Shown here piece by piece: positions 31,462 through 41,192 of a stretch of DNA of 64,000 nt. Position 1 is the first letter of the stretch, and the number at the start of each line of letters is the position of its first letter. Both the position numbers and the translations under genes were made by a program. Source of the stretch: a virus (Duplodnaviria > Caudoviricetes). The stretch lies in the IMG/VR virus record IMGVR_UViG_3300031669_005479, positions 138,815-202,814 of that record; one strand, written 5' to 3'. The notes below the pieces were generated by a model. That model saw only the letters and a program-made list of their open reading frames with translations, was not told the DNA's origin and searched no databases.

Positions 31462-34089
31462 TTAATTAATTTTTTTTCGAATTACAGTTTCATATAAATT
31501 ATATTGCTTATCAATAATAGCATCAAGTTTTTTTAAATTTTCAGATTTCTTACTTTCAGTAAGAACTGGCTTTCTTAGACCTGCATGTTCTTCAAGCCTA
31601 TTGCGAATATATTTTCTTAGTTTTGCTTCACCTTCGGACATTTCCTTACCTTCATTCCAATGATTTTTTGCTCTTTTTGCAAAATTTAGTTGGTGTTCCT
31701 TTTTCTTTATGTCTTCAGGCACTTTTTCGCCCCTATCTTGAATTGCCTTACTTTTCTTTTCAATTCCGCTGAGTTCTTTATCTATTTGCCCAACACTTTT
31801 TTTTGAGTTTTCTCCAGTTTTATTGATTTTAACATTGCTATCCCATTTTTCTTCTACTTTTGCCTTTGCTTCACCTTTGGACATTTCCTTACCTTCATTC
31901 CAATGATTTTTTGCTCTTTTTGCAAAATTTAGTTGGTGCTCTTTCTTCTTCATATCTTCAGGCACCTTTTCACCCTTATTTTGAATCGCACTGCTTTTCT
32001 TTTCAATTCCGCTAAGTTCTTTATCTATTTGTCCAACAGATTTTTTTGAGTTTTCTCCAGTTTTATTGATTTTAACATTACCATCCCATTTTTCTTCTAC
32101 TTTTGCCTTTGTTGTTAATTTTGTTGAAATTTCATCAAGTGCTTCACGTAGTTTATTAACCACTTCATTTACTGCAATATTAATTGTTTTGTTCTCACCA
32201 TCAACGTTTATGTCAATGCCCGTTGTAGGAGCACCGTTTGGTTTTACAACTCCACCGCCCATAGATTGGCCTTCAGGTGCAAAATTAATTTCATCGTTTT
32301 CTTCTTCGTTACCATCACCTAATTCAACATTTTCATCGTCTTCAAATTCTTCCTCTTCTTTAATTGATTTCACGGGTACATTTGTTCCAAGTTTTTTACC
32401 AGTTTTTGGTTCAGGAATTGTAATTTCTTCGATAGGTTGTGTTTCAACATTTGCTGGGTCCATACTCTCTGCAGTTCGAAACTTATTTAAATTTGCAGCG
32501 TTACCGTTTTTGACTTGATTTGCAATTGTTTGCAATATACTTTGAACGTTAACTGGTTCCTGACCAGCCTTAACTGCATTAGCGTTTACCGCAGCAACTT
32601 GTTTGCCTAAATCAGATGCAAGTGTTTGGAGTTTTTGAATTGCAGCATTTTTTTCACCTGCATAATATCCTTGCTTAATATTCTGTGCTGCTTGACCAAC
32701 TGCATGTTTTACTTGACCAGCCTTTTCTACACCAGAATTGTATGCGTTCTGTGCTGTTCGGCCAAGTGCATTTGCACCATTTTTAATCGCACCACCCACT
32801 GCATTGCTTGCTTTCTTACCCAAATAGTTTAATCCACCGAATAATTCACTGATTTGTGTTTTAACATCTTCTTCAGTAGATTCATCCATTGAATTAACTT
32901 CTGGTTCTAGTTCATCTGCATATTCCTCATGTCCATATTCATTTCTTAAGATATCCAATACTTGTGGCATAAGTTTAATAAATAATGAAACAACTTCTTT
33001 ATCACCATCATTTTGCCCTTCGCTGTGTGCTGTTGCATAACCACCAATCAAATTCCCCATTTCTTCTTCACCACATTCCATTAATGATTCTGGTGTATAT
33101 CCTCTTGATTCAGCATATCTTGCAAAACCACCACATTCTGAGCATTCTTCTTCTAATCCATTATCATTATTTGTGTCTTCTGTTCCTGCAGTATCTTCAA
33201 CATTTTGGCCTAAATCTTGAATTTCTTCTGGTGACACAACATTAAGAATCATATCAGAAATTTCGTGTCTATCATCATCATCGATTTTTGCCATTTTATT
33301 TGCATTAGAATTTTCATCCTCATCTTTATTTGGTAAAAATCCCTTTACAAATGTTTTAAGTAGCCAAGTTAATTCACTGCCATCTAAGTTGGAATTTTTG
33401 ATTTCGCTTGCTAATTTACCAACTTTACTTTGCATGTCAGATAAAACTTCATCATCATCTCCGTTATCACCTTCTGCATCCATTTCATCATCAGCAGCCA
33501 TCTCATCATCACTTGCTGCATCCATTTCATCATCAGCGGCCATCTCATCATCACCTTCTGCACTCATTTCGTCATCAGCAGCAGCCATCTCATCATCACC
33601 CACAGTATTGCCCAAATCACCAGTTGGCATTGCTGGTGTTGCATCTGCAGCATCACTTGCAGCGTCCAAATCATCGAGTTTACTTTCGGCTTTATCTATT
33701 TCATCACTTGCCTTGTCTTCATTTAATTTCTTTTTTTTACTTCCAGTTAGACTTGGTTTAAATGTGTTTGCTTCATTAATTGTATGAAACATCATATTTC
33801 TTTGTTTATCTGCCTCGCCTAATGATTTATATTGAAATTCTGTAATATTTTCTAAACCACCAATATATGCAAAATCAGAAATGTTTGGGTCTTGTTTTAG
33901 TCCACTTTTTTTAATATAGTAGTTATGGTTTTCCTTAATTATACCATATGCAACACCATCTGCTGCTCTTTTATAGTCAATTAAAGTGCCAGCTGTACGA
34001 TTATTAGATTCTCTTATCGAATCCTTATTGGGATTTGCTAATGTTCTCATTCTTTCGTAGTATGCTGCTTCCGATGTACGTTTTTTCAT
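31462..34089 (-). CDS. large acidic low-complexity protein (putative head internal or scaffold-like)
   Basis: DEMAADDEM repeats, an 81-aa tandem duplication, many LxE sites, late motif upstream. Confidence 0.7.
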   Translation of the reverse strand: MKKRTSEAAYYERMRTLANPNKDSIRESNNRTAGTLIDYKRAADGVAYGIIKENHNYYIKKSGLKQDPNISDFAYIGGLENITEFQYKSLGEADKQRNMMFHTINEANTFKPSLTGSKKKKLNEDKASDEIDKAESKLDDLDAASDAADATPAMPTGDLGNTVGDDEMAAADDEMSAEGDDEMAADDEMDAASDDEMAADDEMDAEGDNGDDDEVLSDMQSKVGKLASEIKNSNLDGSELTWLLKTFVKGFLPNKDEDENSNANKMAKIDDDDRHEISDMILNVVSPEEIQDLGQNVEDTAGTEDTNNDNGLEEECSECGGFARYAESRGYTPESLMECGEEEMGNLIGGYATAHSEGQNDGDKEVVSLFIKLMPQVLDILRNEYGHEEYADELEPEVNSMDESTEEDVKTQISELFGGLNYLGKKASNAVGGAIKNGANALGRTAQNAYNSGVEKAGQVKHAVGQAAQNIKQGYYAGEKNAAIQKLQTLASDLGKQVAAVNANAVKAGQEPVNVQSILQTIANQVKNGNAANLNKFRTAESMDPANVETQPIEEITIPEPKTGKKLGTNVPVKSIKEEEEFEDDENVELGDGNEEENDEINFAPEGQSMGGGVVKPNGAPTTGIDINVDGENKTINIAVNEVVNKLREALDEISTKLTTKAKVEEKWDGNVKINKTGENSKKSVGQIDKELSGIEKKSSAIQNKGEKVPEDMKKKEHQLNFAKRAKNHWNEGKEMSKGEAKAKVEEKWDSNVKINKTGENSKKSVGQIDKELSGIEKKSKAIQDRGEKVPEDIKKKEHQLNFAKRAKNHWNEGKEMSEGEAKLRKYIRNRLEEHAGLRKPVLTESKKSENLKKLDAIIDKQYNLYETVIRKKIN
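31622..32107 (-). repeat. 243-bp tandem duplication in the coding sequence
   Basis: Two near-identical copies of KAKVEEKWD...NHWNEGKEMSxGEA. Confidence 0.9.
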
Positions 34090-34168
34090 TTGAATATGTT
34101 TTATATTGTGTATTATTTACGTTATATTTTTTTATAAATACTTAAATGTGAACAAAAAAATGAACATT

Positions 34169-34417
34169 TTAGATTATTTCATTTTTTTCATCAATGACTT
34201 TGTATTTAATAAGCATTTCATTTACTCTTGGTGTTATTAAATTTTTTCTTTTATAGTTATTAATAACAGATTGATTTGCCTTTTTTTGTGAAATCTCCTC
34301 ATTCAAAAATTTCACATTTTTGTGCAAACTCTCCAATATGTCATAAAAAATCTTTTCAGTTTTCTTTGTTTCGACATATTCAACTAACTGCTCTTTTGTT
34401 ACAACAATTCTTTTCAT
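34169..34417 (-). CDS. hypothetical protein
   Basis: 82-aa ORF in the late operon. Confidence 0.65.
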   Translation of the reverse strand: MKRIVVTKEQLVEYVETKKTEKIFYDILESLHKNVKFLNEEISQKKANQSVINNYKRKNLITPRVNEMLIKYKVIDEKNEII

Positions 34418-34420
34418 AAA

Positions 34421-35236
34421 CTATTTAATGAATTCATTTAGACTTAATTCTTTAGTCAAATAATCATTTTTACTTGTAATCATTTTTTCGAGATAACCAG
34501 TATTTCTTAAAATTTTAAATACCAAATTTTCTACAGAAAATTCACCACCAGCACTATCAAGTCCAGATTGTCTATATTTTTTTATTTTGTTCTTTAAGGC
34601 TTCATGTTTTTTTAGAAAATCTGCCTTATTTTTATTACTTTGTAAATCATCGATTGTATTCATAATATCTGCTGCTTTTAATTGTACATCAGCACTATCG
34701 ATATTTACAATTTTCTTTGTTGGTTTTCTAATCCATTCGTTATTTATTAATGAATATGTGCCTGATGAATGATGTGGTTCAGCACTATCTTGAAAATACA
34801 TTTCAACATCATGTCCTTTAACTTGAATAGGCAATTTATCTGCCCATAATTGTTTCTTTAATTTAAAATAGTCACCAACAAATTCTTTATTTTCTGAAAT
34901 TTGATTAAAATCGAGAATTATATGAACATCAAGATCAGAATTTTCATTATAATTATAATTTGCAAGACTACCAGTTAAAATAATGTCGTTAAATTTAAGA
35001 TTTTCAGCATCACAAAACTCGATAAATCTTTTAGCATTAAGTAATAATATTTTTCGAATATCTGGTTTTATTGTTTCCTCGTCTTTCCAAATAAAAGGAT
35101 TTAATGTATCGTGCATTTGTATAGACGATACATCAACACCATCTGGTTCAACAACTTCTTTTAATGTGTCAGAAATGTTATGACCTTTCCAGTATCTGCT
35201 AGACCAAGAACGTGGCGTTTTTTTTTCTTCAATCAT
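34421..35236 (-). CDS. Pol-beta superfamily nucleotidyltransferase
   Basis: ILTGSLANYNY...SDLDVHII (hGS and DxD) and a third carboxylate in DVEMY. Confidence 0.8.
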   Translation of the reverse strand: MIEEKKTPRSWSSRYWKGHNISDTLKEVVEPDGVDVSSIQMHDTLNPFIWKDEETIKPDIRKILLLNAKRFIEFCDAENLKFNDIILTGSLANYNYNENSDLDVHIILDFNQISENKEFVGDYFKLKKQLWADKLPIQVKGHDVEMYFQDSAEPHHSSGTYSLINNEWIRKPTKKIVNIDSADVQLKAADIMNTIDDLQSNKNKADFLKKHEALKNKIKKYRQSGLDSAGGEFSVENLVFKILRNTGYLEKMITSKNDYLTKELSLNEFIK

Positions 35237-35238
35237 GA

Positions 35239-35631
35239 TTATTTACCTACTTTTGCAATGGGTGTAATTCGAATATTATTGCTTTTATTTTCATAAACAT
35301 TTTCTTCAGGTTTATCGTCATCTTCATCATCTTCATCATCGTCGTCATCTTCATCTGTCTCACCTTCCAAATCTTCTTCTTTTTTTTCGAATTCCTCTTC
35401 TTCTTCTTCATTGCCATGAACCATAGCATATAGACTATCAATTTTTGCTGTCAATGCCGCAATTTTTTCATCTGGTGTTAATTCTTTTGGCTGTTCATCA
35501 TTTGTTTCTGTAGGTAGTTCATTGTCAGTTTCTGTCGATATTTCTTCAAAATCTTCATTTAATTTTGGTTTAAATGTTTTATCGAGTCTACCCATAACTT
35601 CGAAAAGTCTTTGCTTGTTGTCTTTTTTCAT
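35239..35631 (-). CDS. acidic protein with KQRLFEVM leader
   Basis: MKKDNKQRLFEVMGRLDKTFKPKLNE; D/E-rich; late motif upstream. Confidence 0.7.
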   Translation of the reverse strand: MKKDNKQRLFEVMGRLDKTFKPKLNEDFEEISTETDNELPTETNDEQPKELTPDEKIAALTAKIDSLYAMVHGNEEEEEEFEKKEEDLEGETDEDDDDDEDDEDDDKPEENVYENKSNNIRITPIAKVGK

Positions 35632-35811
35632 GTTTTTAATTTTTATATAAATACTACTGTTTATTCATTATGATAATAAAACATTATCAAACAAAAAAAT
35701 CACAAAATGTTATTTATGTCGATAATGAAAATTTCTTAATTTTATCATTTTTAATAAATACTTAATTATATTCAAATAGATTTAGTATTTATAATTAAAT
35801 TCCTCAGTAAA

Positions 35812-37881
35812 ATGAATTTAGAATGTTTAAATGATATAATCACTAACAACTTAGCAATTCACATCGATTTGACCGATTTGAAATCATGGAACTTAAACAC
35901 TGGTTTAACTGCATTCAGTTTAACTAAGTGGAATAATGCCATTTCTAATAACATAAATTTAGTTGATTTTGGATTAACTTCTTTTGATAATGGTAGAACA
36001 AATACTATGTGGAGTGGTATTACATTAATGCCAAGTGATACATTATTTTCAATGTATAGGGTTGGTTATAATGATGTATACAATCCAACTACTGGTGAAA
36101 CAAGTGGTATTACTACAATCACTCAATTTTTACCAATGAGTGCAACTTCAGCATCTGGTGGAAGTTTAAATTATTTTGACTTAAGTGGTGGATATTTACA
36201 AGGATTTTTTAAATTAGATGGATATGATTATGAATTATTACCTGCAAGGTATAATGATGGCATCACCATTGAAACACTATTATATTTATATCCAAATTCT
36301 TCAGGAATTTTCTACATGATGGGTGCACGTGCAGAAGATAAGTATAACACATATTTTAGTGGAGAAACAATGATTAATATACCTTCAGGTATAACGTCAA
36401 ATACAACAATTATTACCCCAACTGGTGTAACGAGTAGCCTTAATAATTTTTTAGATTCTATTACAGAAAAATTTATACCCAAAATGGGATTTAAATTACC
36501 TGAAGATATGATGAGAACGTCTTACTCGGAAACACAACCAATAAAAAATATTGAAAATAACGTAATTGCTTTTGAATTAACTCAGGATAGAAGATTAGCA
36601 TATAAATATGTTGATGCTAATGGTATGGTTATTACTAATGCATCACCAACAGTAGTTGCTGCAACTGGATTTACTATGATAGATATGGTATTTACACCAG
36701 ATGCTAAAATTGATGATCCCGATTTAATTGATTGTGCACCACAAAGATTAGGTAAATTAATTTTTTACGTTAATGGTCGTTCAGTTTGGATAATTAAAGA
36801 ATTTCCCGAATATTATTTCAAATCATTTGCAAATGATAAGGAAAAACAATTAGGTGTGCCTTATTCAATAAGTTGGGGTGGTGGTAGTTTTGGATTAGAG
36901 CATTCATATCATTATGATTACCAGACATATGTAATATATCACAATCAAGATAGTAGTTATATTAATTCTAAATTTATTGTTGAAGCAGACCCGATTTCAA
37001 CTGAATGTTATATTGCACCAACAGGTGATACTATTCTAGCAGGTTTTTCATTAAGTGCTAATAGCAATACGTTCAAATATTTGGATAATTGTGATTCAAA
37101 TATTGAGCATGCGTTAACGGTAATGCAGGTTGAATATACTGGTGGTACAGGTAATACGTATTTTTTAAAATTTAACCAACCAATTTCTGTTTTATCAAAT
37201 AGGGATTATGTTGCCAACTTATCGATATATGTTGATAACTTATTTAGTGGTGGAACTAATAATGTAGTTTCAATGTTAATGTATAGCGATATTACTGATG
37301 TTAATATTGTAAGCGATATTGAATATGTTAATCCAATAACTGAAAACTATATACTAAGTCATAGTAAAGGTTTATATCCTTGGGGATTTGGTGAAGAGTA
37401 TGAATATAGTTTAAATGGTGTATTATATTATGGTGTATCTGGATTGCCAGTTACGTTAGAAAATTCAAATGTTGTTGGTTATGATACATATAATCCATAT
37501 GGATTAAATTATGTTGTTACAGGTAATAATATTTGGCTACCAATAACTAGTAAATTCAGAACACCAGATAATAGTGGTCAAAATAACATATATTTAGGAT
37601 TATTGGTTAAAACTGATGGGGCATTTAATGTTGGTGGTAGAATATATGTTAAAAATTTCACATATACTGCTGAGGATATTTTAGTTATTGATGATAGAAA
37701 AAATAACCTAACCATTGAACAAAATTTTAAGCCTTCGTTTGTTGGAGGCATACAAAAACTTAGAATATATGATAGGGCATTTACATCTCCAGAAGTATTG
37801 CACAATGCATTAATTGAATCAATAAATCATCCAGAAATAAATCTTATTGTAAATAAGGGTGGTAGAATAATATATCGTTAA
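35812..37881 (+). CDS. putative structural protein with a LamG/concanavalin-like domain
   Basis: T/G/S-rich; GGIQKLRIYDRAFT resembles a LamG C-terminus; AGTATTTAT at 35784. Confidence 0.6.
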   Translation: MNLECLNDIITNNLAIHIDLTDLKSWNLNTGLTAFSLTKWNNAISNNINLVDFGLTSFDNGRTNTMWSGITLMPSDTLFSMYRVGYNDVYNPTTGETSGITTITQFLPMSATSASGGSLNYFDLSGGYLQGFFKLDGYDYELLPARYNDGITIETLLYLYPNSSGIFYMMGARAEDKYNTYFSGETMINIPSGITSNTTIITPTGVTSSLNNFLDSITEKFIPKMGFKLPEDMMRTSYSETQPIKNIENNVIAFELTQDRRLAYKYVDANGMVITNASPTVVAATGFTMIDMVFTPDAKIDDPDLIDCAPQRLGKLIFYVNGRSVWIIKEFPEYYFKSFANDKEKQLGVPYSISWGGGSFGLEHSYHYDYQTYVIYHNQDSSYINSKFIVEADPISTECYIAPTGDTILAGFSLSANSNTFKYLDNCDSNIEHALTVMQVEYTGGTGNTYFLKFNQPISVLSNRDYVANLSIYVDNLFSGGTNNVVSMLMYSDITDVNIVSDIEYVNPITENYILSHSKGLYPWGFGEEYEYSLNGVLYYGVSGLPVTLENSNVVGYDTYNPYGLNYVVTGNNIWLPITSKFRTPDNSGQNNIYLGLLVKTDGAFNVGGRIYVKNFTYTAEDILVIDDRKNNLTIEQNFKPSFVGGIQKLRIYDRAFTSPEVLHNALIESINHPEINLIVNKGGRIIYR

Positions 37882-37882
37882 T

Positions 37883-38086
37883 ATGAGTAAATTATCTGAA
37901 ATATATGATGGATGGAAAAATCTTACATTTCCAGACCAGAAAATTGAAATAGAGGCAAAACGTAGAATTGAAATCTGTATTAATTGCGATAGGCTGACAA
38001 AAAGAAATACTTGTAAAATATGTGGTTGCTATATGCCAGCAAAGGTAAGAAGTATCAAATCAATTTGCTCATTAAAGAAATGGTGA
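37883..38086 (+). CDS. small Cys-rich Zn-binding protein
   Basis: RIEICINC...CKICGCYM...CSLKKW. Confidence 0.7.
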   Translation: MSKLSEIYDGWKNLTFPDQKIEIEAKRRIEICINCDRLTKRNTCKICGCYMPAKVRSIKSICSLKKW

Positions 38087-38521
38087 ACTCGGTCTATTGT
38101 TTGTTGTAATTATATACGTGTTTTCAAGTGCCCTACCCTCAAAAAAATTTGTATTTAAGCATTTTTTTTGATTGCCAGTTATGACATAAACACTATTTTC
38201 AGTTTTTATTTCAATGCACCCATTTAGGCATAACACACAATTAATGTGTGATCTTTCCTTTAATTTGAAGTATGCTCCTTTAGGTAAATAATAAAATATA
38301 ATTATTTCATTACTATTATCAGTAACAACTTTTTTATATTTAATTTCTATATTATCGTTGCAGTTATCCCATTCAGCAAAAAAACGAATAATAATTCCAT
38401 CATCAACTTCATGAACTATGGGTAGTTGCTTTAATAGTTCTTTTTTTTTCTTTTCGATTAAACCATTAACTTTATCTAATATTTCTTTTTTTTCATTGGT
38501 CATTTTATTGAAATTTAGCAA
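38072..38521 (-). CDS. hypothetical protein (cupin-like beta fold possible)
   Basis: 149-aa ORF coupled to 38515..39138. Confidence 0.55.
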   Translation of the reverse strand: MLNFNKMTNEKKEILDKVNGLIEKKKKELLKQLPIVHEVDDGIIIRFFAEWDNCNDNIEIKYKKVVTDNSNEIIIFYYLPKGAYFKLKERSHINCVLCLNGCIEIKTENSVYVITGNQKKCLNTNFFEGRALENTYIITTNNRPSSPFL

Positions 38522-39138
38522 TATGGTGTATTCGCTACACTATCCCTCATTTCAGTAGTATTGATTTTCAATGTTTCCCCAACAATGAAATTTTCAGTAA
38601 ATGCCCTAATAAATAGTGCTCGTATTTTTTGTGGTGCTTTTTTAAATGCAATAAAATCAATCTCATCACCATTTTCTGTATATAGTGAAACATTAATGTC
38701 GTTCCATTGAAATGCATTAAACCATGTGTCTTCTGTTGGTTCAATATCAGTATCTGGAGTGCCACCAAGTCTTCCATAGTTACGCTTACCATCAACACTA
38801 ATTCCTATATTATCGCTGTCAAAATCAAGACCAAATTCAATTGGGTTTTTTTGCGAGTCGTATAGATATTTTACCTTAAGGTGATATTCGATTGTTAATC
38901 TATCTGCATCATCAAAATTATATTCATCCCAATTACCACCAATTTGTGAATCTAATATTTCAATAATTTTTATTTTGGAATTTATATTCAGTAGTGAATC
39001 ACAAATAAATTGCTTTTGTAAATCTTCGTTATTTAGTAATTCAATGGTTTCCTGTTCTTTGTTATATTCTTCGTTACCCAAAAAATCGAATTCTGAAATT
39101 ACCTCGTTAATGACTTTTATAATATTCTTATTTTTCAT
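38515..39138 (-). CDS. hypothetical late protein
   Basis: Starts MKNKNIIKVINE; late motif upstream. Confidence 0.7.
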   Translation of the reverse strand: MKNKNIIKVINEVISEFDFLGNEEYNKEQETIELLNNEDLQKQFICDSLLNINSKIKIIEILDSQIGGNWDEYNFDDADRLTIEYHLKVKYLYDSQKNPIEFGLDFDSDNIGISVDGKRNYGRLGGTPDTDIEPTEDTWFNAFQWNDINVSLYTENGDEIDFIAFKKAPQKIRALFIRAFTENFIVGETLKINTTEMRDSVANTPYC

Positions 39139-39424
39139 TAGACATATTTTACAATAAATACTAAAAATATTTTAATATTTACTTGCCCTAATCACAATAT
39201 TAACATTTTAAATATTAGTTCATAGTATTTATATTAGAAAAATCATTGCTTAGTATATGAATTAAGTTATGTTAAATTGGCAAAAATGATTTTTAAAATT
39301 TTATCTCCAGATAGTGGTTATGTAAAATTTTAATTGCTAATAAATAAAAAATTGCATCATAAGTTCTAATTACGGTGCAATTTTTTTTATGCTATAATTA
39401 AGTATTTATTTAAAAGATACTGAT

Positions 39425-39730
39425 ATGACAAATAACAAACATAGACTTTTTGAACTTATGGAAAAAGTTAACCCTAACTTCAAAAATGAAGATGTACTAC
39501 AAAAAACAACAGAACCAGTTCCTACAGATGTTGCAAATCTTGAAAAGGCAGTAAAATCTTCAAGTTCTGTTCAATATGCAGATTCTCGTATTGATACACC
39601 AAAGGAATTCGAATTTGCATTTAAGGATTGGTTGAGTGGTACGGGTTTTCATCCACAAAAAAATCCAATATCTATTTCTCAAGCGCAAAGTTTTGTTAAA
39701 AATGCAATGGAAAGTTTAGGATATAAATAA
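39425..39730 (+). CDS. hypothetical protein with KHRLFELM leader
   Basis: MTNNKHRLFELMEKVNPNFKNE; AGTATTTAT at 39401. Confidence 0.7.
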   Translation: MTNNKHRLFELMEKVNPNFKNEDVLQKTTEPVPTDVANLEKAVKSSSSVQYADSRIDTPKEFEFAFKDWLSGTGFHPQKNPISISQAQSFVKNAMESLGYK

Positions 39731-39745
39731 TTTTTTTAAAAAATG

Positions 39746-39776
39746 CTTGTATTTATAATTTTATTATATATCTTTG
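39746..39776 (+). promoter_or_regulatory. Bacteroidota-type primary-sigma promoter of tRNA cluster 1
   Basis: CTTG-N19-TATCTTTG matches the -33 TTTG / -7 TAnnTTTG consensus. Confidence 0.8.
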
Positions 39777-39814
39777 TATCGATTTTGTTTATACATAGTT
39801 TTAAAGTTTTAGTT

Positions 39815-39889
39815 ATGAAAAATTTAACACATACACAACCCCAACCGAAACAACAGCCACAAATTGTTGAATGGGGAAGTTATGCTTGA
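39815..39889 (+). CDS. attenuator leader peptide 1 (Gln/Pro/His-rich)
   Basis: MKNLTHTQPQPKQQPQIVEWGSYA; upstream of the Pro/Pro/His/Gln/Gln/Gln tRNAs; contains GAATGGGG complementary to the terminator 5' arm. Confidence 0.85.
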   Translation: MKNLTHTQPQPKQQPQIVEWGSYA

Positions 39890-39914
39890 ATTTTTCGAAA
39901 GATGATTTTAAGTG

Positions 39915-39950
39915 AAAAAAACCCCATTCTTAATTGAATGGGGTTTTTTT
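39915..39950 (+). terminator. attenuator terminator 1
   Basis: AAAAAAACCCCATTC-ttaatt-GAATGGGGTTTTTTT. Confidence 0.9.
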
Positions 39951-40007
39951 GTAACAAAAAAATTTTTATTTCGTACAATAGTTCATTGACATATTAATAT
40001 TTTATAT

Positions 40008-40082
40008 CTAGGTGTTCCGCAGATGGATATACGGGCGTGCCTTGGAAGCACGTGTTCGCAGGTTCGAATCCTGCTACCTAGA
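40008..40082 (+). tRNA. tRNA-Pro(TGG)
   Basis: CTAGGTG/TACCTAG acceptor, CGTGC-CTTGGAA-GCACG, GTTCGAATC. Confidence 0.93.
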
Positions 40083-40167
40083 GGTAATCAAATTAAACTA
40101 CCTGCACGTGGTGATTACTGCACGGTTGAATAAACCGACCAAATGTTTAATGTATAATATATATGGT

Positions 40168-40677
40168 ATGAGTAATATAAGCGATATACTTAAAGAAGCA
40201 AAAAGTAAAGGATATTATGCCGATGAATATGGTAAAATTTATTCAGCGAAGAAATTAATTTCATTACGAAATAGAGATAATCGGTTAAATTTTACCATAA
40301 GATATTATGGAAAAAGAGTTACAATTGCCGTACATAAGTATGTTGCATATTTAAAATATGGTGATAAAATTTTTGATGATGGTATTGAAGTAAGACATTT
40401 AAATGGAAATTCGCTAGATAATTCATATGAAAATATTTTAATTGGAACTCATAGCGATAATATGCTTGATATTCCAAAAAATGTTAGAATAAAAAAAGCA
40501 ATATCAGCATCAAGTAAAAATAGAAAATTTGGTGATGATATCATTAAGAATATTATGAATGATAAAAATAATGGTATGTCATATAGTAAATTATGTGAAA
40601 AATATAATACAAGTAAATCGACATTAAGTTATTTATTTAATAATGCGTATTATAGTGGTGCTAGAAATATAGAGTAG
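40168..40677 (+). CDS. HNH homing endonuclease between two tRNA-Pro genes
   Basis: VHKYVAY...VRHLNGNSLDNSYENI...GTHSDN and a C-terminal HTH; start could be 40150. Confidence 0.88.
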   Translation: MSNISDILKEAKSKGYYADEYGKIYSAKKLISLRNRDNRLNFTIRYYGKRVTIAVHKYVAYLKYGDKIFDDGIEVRHLNGNSLDNSYENILIGTHSDNMLDIPKNVRIKKAISASSKNRKFGDDIIKNIMNDKNNGMSYSKLCEKYNTSKSTLSYLFNNAYYSGARNIE

Positions 40678-40743
40678 TAGCGCAGTTGGAAGCGTACCGC
40701 ATTTGGGATGCGGGGGTCGTGAGTTCGAGTCTCACTTACTCTA
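40671..40743 (+). tRNA. tRNA-Pro(TGG), second divergent copy
   Basis: AGAGTAG/TTACTCT, CCGCA-TTTGGGA-TGCGG, GTTCGAGTC. Confidence 0.93.
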
Positions 40744-40750
40744 CTAAACA

Positions 40751-40824
40751 TGGTGATTGAAGCATTAAAGTGATGCGTCAGACTGTGAATCTGAAGAAGA
40801 CGGGTCAGTACCGTCCTTTCACCC
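40751..40824 (+). tRNA. tRNA-His(GTG) with an atypical T-loop
   Basis: TCAGA-CTGTGAA-TCTGA; T-arm GACGG-GTCAGTA-CCGTC. Confidence 0.85.
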
Positions 40825-40829
40825 AAATA

Positions 40830-40893
40830 TCGATTCTACAATCGATAAATATATATTATCGGTTGTAGAATCGATAAATATATATTTATCGAT
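40830..40893. repeat. nested inverted repeats / palindrome
   Basis: CGATTCTACAATCGATAA...TTATCGGTTGTAGAATCG overlapping ATCGATAAATATATATTTATCGAT. Confidence 0.8.
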
Positions 40894-41056
40894 GTGATAG
40901 ACGGCAAATGAGTTGGTGTTAAAGAAGACATAACCAAAGATAAGTTAAATAATCTTAGAGTAGATGTAATGCAGAAGATACGAAAAGATATTGTAGATGG
41001 TAAATGTCAATTATTTACATACGAAAGAAAATTTTATTAATTAATTAATATAATAC

Positions 41057-41130
41057 TGTCTCGTGGCGCAATCGGCTAACGCTCCTGACTCTGAATCAGA
41101 TGACTACGGGTTCGAATCCTGTCGAGACAA
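41057..41130 (+). tRNA. tRNA-Gln(CTG)
   Basis: TGTCTCG/CGAGACA, CTGA-CTCTGAA-TCAG, GGTTCGAATCC. Confidence 0.92.
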
Positions 41131-41192
41131 CAATAGTATTTTTTTGCAAAAAGTAGCATTTTTCGATACTTTCCGCAAAATATAACTAATAT

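Noticed and set aside
33389-33787. His-rich and Ser-rich plus-strand ORFs
   Set aside because: They are antisense shadows of the GAT/GAA/GCT-rich repeats in 31462..34089.
40012-40167. N-terminal extension of the HNH ORF given in the track
   Set aside because: It overlaps tRNA-Pro; the real start is more likely 40150 or 40168.
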